A DNA stretch of 64,000 nt from positions 9,486 to 73,485 of the forward strand of contig JBDUAQ010000001.1 in assembly GCA_040004575.1 (NCBI GenBank), written 5' to 3'. The DNA is from a bacterium. Lineage in GTDB: Bacteria; Acidobacteriota; Blastocatellia; Pyrinomonadales; Pyrinomonadaceae. This document shows positions 36,553-44,371 of this stretch, piece by piece. Every line of letters begins with the position of its first letter. Positions within the stretch are counted from its first letter, which is position 1. The notes beneath the pieces were generated by a model. The model was not told where the DNA came from and did no database searches. It saw nothing but the letters and a program-made list of their open reading frames with translations. Position numbers and translations under genes: made by a program.

Positions 36553-37737
36553 ATGCCCACTCACGATCCAATGAATGATTCAATCGAGCAGGCATTCGGC
36601 GATCTCAATCAATGGTGTCGCGAGCGCGACTTTTCCGGTTACGATCCATTCGATGCATTGAACAGCCCCGTTTTCCAGTCAACTCCTCTCAATCGTTCTC
36701 GAACAGCGCGACTAATCTGGATCCAGGCTTTCAAACGTTTCCCTCTGAACCTTCGCCCGCTGGCGCGCATCCCGCCGCAGAAGAATGCAAAAGGGCTCGC
36801 TCTTTTTGCGCTCGCGGCACTCGCAAACTATCGTCGCGTGAAAACCATCGAGCTTGAAACAGACGCGCGCGAGCTGCTTGACGAGTTATCGCAAACGCGA
36901 ATTCAAGGCTTCAGCGGCGCCGCCTGGGGTTACAACTTCGCGTGGCAAAGCCGCAACTTCTTTGCCCCGCAAGGAACGCCGATGATAGTACCGACGGCCT
37001 TTGCCGCGCGTGCCTTCATAGAAGCACACCAGGCATTCCGTGATGATAACTATCTGCGAATGGCGCGCAGCAGTTGCGACTTCATTCTCAACGACCTGCA
37101 GCGAACGCTTGAAACCGACGACGAAGTTTGTTTCAGTTACTCGCCGTCGGACAGCACCCAAATTTTCAACGCGAGTTTGCTGGCTGCCGAAACCTTAGCG
37201 AGCGTGGGGGCACTGACGGGAGAAAGAGAGCTTTGTAATTTGGCAGTCCGCGCCGCTCGTTTCGTTGTTCACAGGCAGCATGAAGATGGTTCGTGGGCAT
37301 ATGGCGTCGAGCCGGGCCAGGAGTGGGTAGATAATTTCCATACCGCCTACATGCTGCTCTCGCTCGCGAGGATTGCGAAGGCTTGCGTTGAAGCAAGCGA
37401 AGAGATCAAGCCGGCATTGCAGCGCGGTTATGCGTTCTGGCGCGAATGCTTCTTTCTTGCGGACGGATGGCCGAAATACTACCATGACAGCCTTTACCCA
37501 GCGGATGCGCACGCAGCCGCCACGGCAATCATTACCCTTCTGGAATTATCGCATTTGGATAGCGGCGCGCTGCCGTTAGCGGAAACGATTGCCGGCTGGA
37601 CTATTCGCAATCTGCACGACGACCGCGGATTTTTTTACTATCAACGCCGGCGGTTTTATACCGTCCACACGCCGTACATGCGTTGGACGCAAGGCTGGAT
37701 GCTTTACGCGCTGGCGCGTTTGCTGGAAGCGAAGTAG
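36553..37737 (+). CDS. Hypothetical protein, possibly an (alpha/alpha)-toroid fold
   Basis: The ATG at 36553 gives 394 aa. Helix-rich with motifs AWGYNFAWQSR, HEDGSWAYG and NFHTAYMLLSL. No family recognised. The 25 codons upstream are repeat-encoded. Confidence 0.5.
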   Translation: MPTHDPMNDSIEQAFGDLNQWCRERDFSGYDPFDALNSPVFQSTPLNRSRTARLIWIQAFKRFPLNLRPLARIPPQKNAKGLALFALAALANYRRVKTIELETDARELLDELSQTRIQGFSGAAWGYNFAWQSRNFFAPQGTPMIVPTAFAARAFIEAHQAFRDDNYLRMARSSCDFILNDLQRTLETDDEVCFSYSPSDSTQIFNASLLAAETLASVGALTGERELCNLAVRAARFVVHRQHEDGSWAYGVEPGQEWVDNFHTAYMLLSLARIAKACVEASEEIKPALQRGYAFWRECFFLADGWPKYYHDSLYPADAHAAATAIITLLELSHLDSGALPLAETIAGWTIRNLHDDRGFFYYQRRRFYTVHTPYMRWTQGWMLYALARLLEAK

Positions 37738-37754
37738 AACGGTGTGGGTCGATG

Positions 37755-37894
37755 AAGTCAGAACCGGGAGCGGGTAGCGACCGGGTTTGTCTTCGGATCC
37801 AAGGGGTTCGGTAGTGCAACCGCGACCTGGTCGCTACCACCACCCCACGCGGGCTGCCCGCGCGGGGACCCCGGTCCGCTCCCGGTTCTGACTT
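37755..37894. repeat. Nested palindromic element with perfect 19-bp terminal inverted repeats
   Basis: AAGTCAGAACCGGGAGCGG (37755-37773) pairs with CCGCTCCCGGTTCTGACTT (37876-37894). Internal sub-hairpins are GGTAGCGACCGG/CCTGGTCGCTACC and CCCCACGCGGG/CCCGCGCGGGG. Confidence 0.8.
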
Positions 37895-37926
37895 TGTTGG
37901 TCGCTGGTGGATGCAGGGTTATCAAG

Positions 37927-38421
37927 ATGCCGATTGGTTCCGATGTTTCATTAGGTAAAGACGTAAAGATTTTCCAGCCGGAGCTGGTTAACCTTTACGG
38001 TTGCACCATCGGCGCCGAAACGAAGATCGGGGCGTTTGTTGAAATCCAAAAGAACGCATCAGTCGGCGCGCGTTGCAAGATTTCATCGCACACCTTTATT
38101 TGCGAAGGTGTGACGATTGAAGATGAAGTCTTTGTTGGCCACGGCGTAATGTTCACTAACGATCCCTATCCGCGTGCGGTCAACGATGACGGCAGCCTGC
38201 AAACTGACGACGATTGGACCGTGGTTGCCACACGTGTGAAAAGGCGAGCGTCAATCGGAAGCAATGCGACGATTATGGCGGGCGTGACGATTGGCGAATC
38301 TGCCCTGGTTGGAGCAGGGGCGGTGGTGACGAGCGATGTGGGTGATTATGCGATTGTCGCCGGCGTGCCGGCGAGAGTGATTGGTGACATAAGAAAGCGG
38401 CGCGACCCAAACCCAGAGTAG
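37927..38421 (+). CDS. Left-handed beta-helix sugar N-acetyltransferase (WbpD/WlbB-like)
   Basis: The ATG at 37927 gives 164 aa. Hexapeptide repeats (IGAETKIGAFVEIQKNASVGARCKISSHTFI ... IGSNATIMAGVTIGESALVGAGAVV). Confidence 0.75.
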   Translation: MPIGSDVSLGKDVKIFQPELVNLYGCTIGAETKIGAFVEIQKNASVGARCKISSHTFICEGVTIEDEVFVGHGVMFTNDPYPRAVNDDGSLQTDDDWTVVATRVKRRASIGSNATIMAGVTIGESALVGAGAVVTSDVGDYAIVAGVPARVIGDIRKRRDPNPE

Positions 38422-38454
38422 CGCGTTCCTGGTTTGCGTATCTTCTTTGTGCAA

Positions 38455-38530
38455 TCTCCGTGTCCTCTGTGACTCTGTGGTGGACGATCCACGAAACCCT
38501 CACCACAGAGGACACAGAGGATGCACAGAG
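38455..38530. repeat. Palindromic element, CCACCACAGAG family (copy 2 of 3)
   Basis: CTCCGTGTCCTCTGTGACTCTGTGGTGG - 18 nt - CACCACAGAGGACACAGAGGATGCACAGAG. Confidence 0.7.
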
Positions 38531-38596
38531 AAAGTCAAGCCGCACGAATCCGATTACCCGATCGCAAACGCTGTTCGTTTCTGATAGAGATTACGC

Positions 38597-39607
38597 ATGA
38601 TAAAAGTTGGAGTTATCGGCTACGGCTACTGGGGTCCTAACCTGGTGCGCAACTTCATGGAGGCACCAGGCTCCACCGTTGTCTACGTTTGCGATCTGCG
38701 TACAGAAAGATTGGGAACGCTCAAGGTGCGTTATCCAACGATTAAGACTGTCGACAACTGCGGCGAGTTGTTTGCGGACCCGGCAATCGATGCGATCATC
38801 ATTGCCACGCCCGTCTCATCGCATTTTGACTTGGGTATGGCAGCACTCAAAGCCGACAAGCATGTGCTGATTGAGAAACCGCTCGCCGCAAACTCCGAAC
38901 AGGCGATGCAGTTGATTGAAGAGGCGCGCGCGCGCAAACGCGTTTTGATGGTGGATCACACCTTCGTTTACACCGGCGCGGTGCGAAAGATTCGCGAGCT
39001 CATCACGTCCAACGCCCTCGGCGACATTTACTACTACGACGCGGTGCGCGTTAATCTGGGACTCTTTCAACACGACGTGAATGTGATTTGGGATCTGGCG
39101 ATTCACGATCTTTCGATCATGGACTATGTGCTGCCGAACAAGGCGACCGCTGTTTCGGCCACCGGCATCAGCCACATTCCGGGTCAACCTGAAAACGTGG
39201 CTTACATCACCCTCTTCTTCGCGAATCCGCAGATTGCGCATGTTCATGTCAACTGGCTGACGCCCGTCAAGGTCAGGCACACGCTTATTGGCGGCAGCGA
39301 GAAGATGATCCTCTACGACGATTTGGAGCCGAGCGAGAAGGTGAAAATATATGATAAGGGTGTAACACTTTCGCAAAGCCCGGAGGCAGTTTACGAAATG
39401 CTCGTAAGTTATCGTTCCGGCGATATGTGGGCGCCGCGACTCGATGGGACGGAAGCGTTACAAACTGAAGCACAGCATTTCATTGATTGTATTGAAAACG
39501 GCAAGCAGCCTGTAACTGACGGCGAGGCGGGTTTGAGACTGGTGAAGATCGTAGAGGCTGCGGAAAAATCCTTGCAGGCTCGCGGTCAACTGGTCGACAT
39601 CAATTAA
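38597..39607 (+). CDS. Gfo/Idh/MocA family oxidoreductase (WbpB/WlbA-like)
   Basis: 336 aa. N-terminal Rossmann IKVGVIGYGYWGPNLVRN, and the EKPLA motif (VLIEKPLAANSEQA). Confidence 0.8.
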   Translation: MIKVGVIGYGYWGPNLVRNFMEAPGSTVVYVCDLRTERLGTLKVRYPTIKTVDNCGELFADPAIDAIIIATPVSSHFDLGMAALKADKHVLIEKPLAANSEQAMQLIEEARARKRVLMVDHTFVYTGAVRKIRELITSNALGDIYYYDAVRVNLGLFQHDVNVIWDLAIHDLSIMDYVLPNKATAVSATGISHIPGQPENVAYITLFFANPQIAHVHVNWLTPVKVRHTLIGGSEKMILYDDLEPSEKVKIYDKGVTLSQSPEAVYEMLVSYRSGDMWAPRLDGTEALQTEAQHFIDCIENGKQPVTDGEAGLRLVKIVEAAEKSLQARGQLVDIN

Positions 39608-39611
39608 CTGT

Positions 39612-39782
39612 TTGGAGTGCGGCGACGTGAGCACCCCAGCGCGGCTGCCGCGCCGGGGACCCCGCCTGTCGCCGCTTTCCTTGGTCGCGGCTTGACGCGA
39701 CCATCGTGAGTTGAGTTCAAGTGGCGAAATGTGGCGTCAAGCCGCCACGGACAAAAAGCGGCGACAGGTCGCCGCACTCCAA
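39612..39782. repeat. Nested palindromic element with perfect 15-bp termini TTGGAGTGCGGCGAC / GTCGCCGCACTCCAA
   Basis: A second inner pair is CCTGTCGCCGCTTT (39664-39677) with AAAGCGGCGACAGG (39755-39768), and further sub-hairpins are present. It ends 4 nt before the aminotransferase ATG. Confidence 0.8.
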
Positions 39783-39786
39783 AAAT

Positions 39787-40905
39787 ATGATTCCTTTAGT
39801 AGATCTAAAAGCGCAATACCAGAGCATCAAGAGTGAAATTGATGCCGCCATCGCAGAAGTACTGGAAAGTTGCCAATTCATTTTGGGCCCAAAGGTTGAA
39901 GCCTTTGAAACGGATTTCGCGGCGTACTGTCAATCGCGTTTCGCGTTCGGCGTAAACTCCGGCACCAGCGCGTTGCATCTGGCCTTGCTGGCGGCCGGCG
40001 TCGGTCCCGGTGACGAGGTAATTACCGTTAGTTATACCTTTGTCGCTACCGTTGCTGGAATCCTGTACACCGGAGCAACGCCGGTTTTCGTCGACATCGA
40101 TCCGCTTACCTGCAATATCGATCCGGCAAAGACTGAAGCGGCGATCACTCGAAAGACGAAAGTGATCGTGCCGGTGCATCTCTACGGAACCTGCGCCGAC
40201 ATGGATCCAATCCTTGACATTGCGCGCCGGCACAAGCTGATTGTGATTGAAGATGCAGCCCAGGCCGTCGCCGCCGAATACGAGGGACGGCGTGCCGGCA
40301 GCATGGGCGACCTTGCTTGCTTTAGTTTTTATCCAGGAAAAAATCTCGGCGCTTACGGTGAAGCCGGCGCAGTAGTTACCAGCAATGAAAAATACGTCGA
40401 CGTCATTAAGCAATTGCGCGATCAGGGACAAAGCGCCAAATATTTCCACGAGCGAGTTGGTTACAACTATCGCATGGAGGCAATTCAGGGAGCGGTGCTT
40501 GGCGTTAAACTCAAGCATCTCGACGATTGGACTACCGCACGTCGTCAGCACGCCAAAGCGTATTCAGAAGCGTTGGCAGATTCAGGCGTGCGTTTACTTG
40601 CGGAACCGGCCGCTTGCAAGTCTGTCTATCACATCTTCCCGCTGTTTACGGCGCAGCGCGATGAGCTGCGCGAACATCTCGAGACCAATGGGATCAGCAG
40701 TGGCATTCATTATCCGATTCCAGTCCATATGCAACGCGGCTTTAGCAATCTCGGATACAAGGAAGGCGACTTGCCACAAACCGAACAAGTTTGTCGCGAG
40801 GTCTTATCATTGCCAATGTACCCTGAGCTCAAGGATGAAACCGTAATGCAGATCGCGGCTTCGGTGCGACAGTTTTGCCGGCAAGCGGTGGCGGTTCACC
40901 CTTAG
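39787..40905 (+). CDS. DegT/DnrJ/EryC1/StrS family PLP-dependent sugar aminotransferase (WbpE/WlbC-like)
   Basis: The ATG at 39787 gives MIPLVDLKAQYQSIKSEIDAAI ... FILGPKVEAFE ... SFYPGKNLGAYGEAG (PLP-Lys region). 372 aa. Confidence 0.85.
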   Translation: MIPLVDLKAQYQSIKSEIDAAIAEVLESCQFILGPKVEAFETDFAAYCQSRFAFGVNSGTSALHLALLAAGVGPGDEVITVSYTFVATVAGILYTGATPVFVDIDPLTCNIDPAKTEAAITRKTKVIVPVHLYGTCADMDPILDIARRHKLIVIEDAAQAVAAEYEGRRAGSMGDLACFSFYPGKNLGAYGEAGAVVTSNEKYVDVIKQLRDQGQSAKYFHERVGYNYRMEAIQGAVLGVKLKHLDDWTTARRQHAKAYSEALADSGVRLLAEPAACKSVYHIFPLFTAQRDELREHLETNGISSGIHYPIPVHMQRGFSNLGYKEGDLPQTEQVCREVLSLPMYPELKDETVMQIAASVRQFCRQAVAVHP

Positions 40906-40915
40906 ATCTGTGATC

Positions 40916-41029
40916 GAGAAGAAACATTTCTCTGTGCCGCCTTTGTGCTCTCTGTGCCTCAGTGGTGGCTGTTCTCCATGATGATCCACCACAGAGACAC
41001 GGAGATCACAGAGATTTCACGGAGGCGGA
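40916..41029. repeat. Palindromic element, CCACCACAGAG family (copy 3 of 3)
   Basis: ...TCTCTGTGCCTCAGTGGTGG - 18 nt - CCACCACAGAGACACGGAGATCACAGAG... Confidence 0.65.
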
Positions 41030-41064
41030 AATTGTTCCCCTGGCTCACTGCCGGCTGTTGCTAA

Positions 41065-42090
41065 ATGCGAATCTGGATCGATCTGGCAAACTCACCGCAC
41101 GTGCCGTTCTTCCGCTCGCTCGCAAGTCAGTTTATTCAACGTAATCATGAAGTAGTCGTCACGGCGCGGGACTTCGCCGAAACAGTTCCACTTGCAGAAG
41201 CAGCCGGGTTTGCGCCCCAGGTTATCGGCGAACACGGCGGCGGAAAACTTTCAGGCAAAGCGGGAAACCTGGTGCAGCGCGCGCTTGCACTCGGACGTTG
41301 GGCGCGCGGACGAAACCTCGACCTTGCCGTCAGCCACAACTCGTATTCTCAAATCCTGGCGGGGCGCGCGCTGTCGTTGCGGACAGTCACGCTGATGGAT
41401 TACGAACATCAGCCGGCAAACCACCTAGCGTTTCGCATGGCTTCACGCATCATTGTTCCGCGTGCGTTTCCCGAAGCAGCGCTGACGCGTTTTGGCGCGT
41501 CACCTGAGAGAGTACGGCGATATGACGGTATCAAGGAAGACGTTTACCTCGCCGACTTTCAAAGTGATCCCGAATTTCAAAACCAACTCGGCAAACTTGG
41601 AATCAGCGCGAGCGACGTGTTGGTGACCGTGCGCCCCCCCGCAGTGAAAGCGCTTTATCATCGTTTTGAAAATGAACTGTTTGACCAATTGCTCAATCGT
41701 TTGTTAGCAACGCCCGCGGTGAAAGTTTTGCTATTGCCGCGCAACGATTCACAACGGACGACCTACAGCGCTCGCGGCGAGGCAGATGCAAACCTGATCG
41801 TGCCGCCGCGTCCAATTGATGGCAGCAATTTGATTGCACATAGCGACTTGGTTGTCAGCGCCGGCGGCACGATGAATCGAGAAGCCGCCGCTCTCGGCAT
41901 TCCGGCGGCGTCGATCTATTTAGGAGAATGGGCGGCGATAGATGAGCAGTTGGTGAATGAAGGCAGGCTGCGAAGAGTCTCAACGGCCGCAGACGTTCAC
42001 GATATGCTCATACAGAAAAAGGGCGCCGCGAATGCGCCCCGGGCAGTACATGTTGCCGCGAGCGTGGCTGATCTGATCCTCGAAGCGTGA
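41065..42090 (+). CDS. DUF354 domain-containing protein (GT-B / UDP-GlcNAc 2-epimerase-like fold)
   Basis: 341 aa. The N-terminus MRIWIDLANSPHVPFFRSL is the characteristic DUF354 start. C-terminal GGTMNREAAALGIP. Confidence 0.7.
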   Translation: MRIWIDLANSPHVPFFRSLASQFIQRNHEVVVTARDFAETVPLAEAAGFAPQVIGEHGGGKLSGKAGNLVQRALALGRWARGRNLDLAVSHNSYSQILAGRALSLRTVTLMDYEHQPANHLAFRMASRIIVPRAFPEAALTRFGASPERVRRYDGIKEDVYLADFQSDPEFQNQLGKLGISASDVLVTVRPPAVKALYHRFENELFDQLLNRLLATPAVKVLLLPRNDSQRTTYSARGEADANLIVPPRPIDGSNLIAHSDLVVSAGGTMNREAAALGIPAASIYLGEWAAIDEQLVNEGRLRRVSTAADVHDMLIQKKGAANAPRAVHVAASVADLILEA

Positions 42091-42130
42091 AGTTTTGCTA
42101 TCCTATGCCTTTCGGCTTAAGAAGGAATCT

Positions 42131-42186
42131 GGACAGGATGAACAAGATTTACACGATTAGCTATTTGCATCCTGTCAATCCTGTCG
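42131..42186. repeat. Small inverted repeat GACAGGATG ... CATCCTGTC (CCTGTC reiterated)
   Basis: 9-bp arms at 42132-42140 and 42168-42176, with a second CCTGTC at 42180-42185. Confidence 0.4.
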
Positions 42187-42215
42187 TCTAGTTATCCCGG
42201 GTGTTGCGAAGATAA

Positions 42216-43772
42216 GTGAGAGTTGAGCAAATCAAAAATCCGCTAGTTGAAGCAAGCATTGTGCGCGCTCCGTCGCGTGCGCCGCATTGGGTCATACCGA
42301 CAATCAAGACTGCCTTGCTTGTGGCTGATGGTTTAATAGCCACGGCCTCATTTATCGTCGCCTACTACGTTCGGGAAGGTGGTCCGATATTTCAACCGTC
42401 ACGCGTTGCCAGTTTCGCGTGGAGCGCAAGATTTGCTCCTTACGGCGCGTTGGTCCTCTTTGTGATTCTCATACGCGTGCTTGCTTTGCGCTATTACGAT
42501 CTCTATCGGCTGCGCGGCGAGTTCTCTTTCTTTGACGACGGCATACGAGTCTTCAAGTCAACGGCCATCGGATCATTGCTTATAGTAGCGGCAGCGTTTT
42601 TATATCGCGGCGGTTTCAACTATCGCGCCTTCTCATATGCCCGCAGTGTTTTCGTACTAGACTTTCTAATCGCGCTGGCTAGTTTCTATTCGGTTCGATT
42701 GCTGTTGCGCAGTGCACAGATTTTTTTCCGCTTGCGTGGCATCAATCTGATTCCAACTCTGGTGGTTGGTCGCGGCCCCGAAGCCGCTTTCTGCATTAAG
42801 GAAATGCGCGAACGTCCCTCGCTCGGATACCGGGTGATAGGCGCCGTCGACAGCGGCGCTCTCGGCGCGGAAGTCCCGGGGCTTTACGAAGGCGTGCCCG
42901 TCGTAAGCGATCTCGCGGGACTGCCGGAAGCCATCCGCGAGTCGGGCGCCAACGAGGTAATCATCGCTGACTCTCACGTTGATGGCGACGCGCTCTTCGA
43001 CGTAATGATGCGTTGCGGCCGTCGACGCGGCATTGAGTTTCGTATCGCCCCCAGCCTCTTTAATTGTTTGCCGAGTAAAACTGAAGTCGATCAAATTGGC
43101 GCCTTGCCAATGATCAGGCTTTTTCGCGAGCCGCTCTCCGACTTTGCTCGTGGCACTAAGAGGATTTCCGATATCGTCATAGGTGTTGTCACGCTCGCAT
43201 TGTTTTCTCCTTTCTGGCTTTTGATCGCGCTGCTTATCAAGTTTGACTCGAAAGGTCCGGTTTTTTATGCCCAGGAGCGCGTGGGCATGGACGGCCGGAT
43301 TTTTGTAGTTTACAAATTCCGCACCATGCGCGTTGATGCCGACAGCGAGATTCATCGCGAGTATCAGCGAAAGTTTATCGCCGGGCACGCCGAAGCAAAC
43401 GTAGGCGACGCGCAGAAGCCCGCATATAAACTGCGTGACGATCCGCGCATCACGAGCGTGGGACGCATGCTGCGTCGTTTAAGCCTTGATGAAGTGCCGC
43501 AACTGTTTAATGTGTTGCGTGGTGACATGAGCATCGTTGGCCCACGTCCACCGATTCCTTATGAAGTCGAGGCTTACGAATTGCGGCATCGGAAGCGTCT
43601 CGATATGAAACCGGGCCTGACTGGACTGTGGCAGGTGTCTGGGAGAAACCGTCTGCCTTTCGAAGAGATGGTGAAGTTAGATCTGTTCTACATTGAGAAC
43701 TGGTCGCTGCTGTTTGATCTGAGGATTATTCTGCGCACGGTGCTGGTGATGCTGCGAGGGGATGGGTACTAG
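42216..43772 (+). CDS. Polyprenyl glycosylphosphotransferase (WbaP/EpsB-like priming sugar transferase)
   Basis: 518 aa. Four to five N-terminal TM helices, a central Rossmann-like region, and a C-terminal bacterial sugar transferase domain (KRISDIVIG ... GPVFYAQERVG ... YKFRTM ... DEVPQLFNVLRGDMSIVGPRP). Confidence 0.85.
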   Translation: MRVEQIKNPLVEASIVRAPSRAPHWVIPTIKTALLVADGLIATASFIVAYYVREGGPIFQPSRVASFAWSARFAPYGALVLFVILIRVLALRYYDLYRLRGEFSFFDDGIRVFKSTAIGSLLIVAAAFLYRGGFNYRAFSYARSVFVLDFLIALASFYSVRLLLRSAQIFFRLRGINLIPTLVVGRGPEAAFCIKEMRERPSLGYRVIGAVDSGALGAEVPGLYEGVPVVSDLAGLPEAIRESGANEVIIADSHVDGDALFDVMMRCGRRRGIEFRIAPSLFNCLPSKTEVDQIGALPMIRLFREPLSDFARGTKRISDIVIGVVTLALFSPFWLLIALLIKFDSKGPVFYAQERVGMDGRIFVVYKFRTMRVDADSEIHREYQRKFIAGHAEANVGDAQKPAYKLRDDPRITSVGRMLRRLSLDEVPQLFNVLRGDMSIVGPRPPIPYEVEAYELRHRKRLDMKPGLTGLWQVSGRNRLPFEEMVKLDLFYIENWSLLFDLRIILRTVLVMLRGDGY

Positions 43773-43872
43773 GCCAGAAGCACTCTAGTAGCAGGCTATG
43801 AAAGAAATCGTGCAAAGAATATCCTGTAGTTGATGTTATGGGGGATTGATTTATTTGCAACGTGCGGGGAAA

Positions 43873-44046
43873 ATGATCCCAACCATGAAAAGAGAAAAGG
43901 AGATTAAGAAACTCAAGTCAGAACGCCCACGGCGAGCCGTCGTGTCAGAGAAGGAAGCCCTGAAACGGATGAAAGACTTCGCGAAACGGAAGGAGCTTTT
44001 CATTGGCACTGCTCGAACGGGCAAGGGTCGAAGTGTACGTCCCTGA
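43873..44046 (+). CDS. Small highly basic hypothetical protein (57 aa)
   Basis: MIPTMKREKEIKKLKSERPRRAVVSEKEALKRMKDFAKRKELFIGTARTGKGRSVRP. The start is uncertain (TTG 43846, ATG 43873 or ATG 43885). Its 3' end overlaps the next ORF by 44 nt. Confidence 0.3.
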   Translation: MIPTMKREKEIKKLKSERPRRAVVSEKEALKRMKDFAKRKELFIGTARTGKGRSVRP

Positions 44047-44335
44047 CCTGCCCACACCTCACTATCGCAATTTGCTTCTGTCTTTCGAAGCGGAGTTCAC
44101 TTATGCTTTCGGTGGTTGCACAATTGTGCGAGGCCTCGATGGCAGCTATCTTTCTGAAGCCGGAGTTACGACTCCAGATCGCATCAACCTGATATACACA
44201 GATCTGCCGCTTGCACTATCGACCAATTTCAAGAGCACCGCTCGCTACGTAAACGAACTAAAGCAAGCTGCCTCCGAAGCACTACCTGAAGAGACGGTGC
44301 TGGTGACAGTAGAGCAGGTTTATCACTCGGTTTAA
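44003..44335 (+). CDS. Hypothetical protein (110 aa)
   Basis: TTG start preceded by GGAAGGAG at 43988-43995, with 7-nt spacing. I did not recognise a family. Confidence 0.45.
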   Translation: MALLERARVEVYVPDLPTPHYRNLLLSFEAEFTYAFGGCTIVRGLDGSYLSEAGVTTPDRINLIYTDLPLALSTNFKSTARYVNELKQAASEALPEETVLVTVEQVYHSV

Positions 44336-44371
44336 GAGGGCTGTTGTGCCAATCTAGTTTGAAGAAGGAAC

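Noticed and set aside
39805-40551. Large antisense ORFs inside well-supported genes: 39805-40551, 42666-43388, 5109-5774, 38816-39376, 7333-7854, 51931-52452, 56705-57208, 59622-60125, 4056-4562, 626-997 and others
   Set aside because: These are shadow ORFs on the opposite strand of genes with clear family signatures. Their translations are low-complexity and Arg/Pro/Ser-rich, typical of GC-biased antisense frames.
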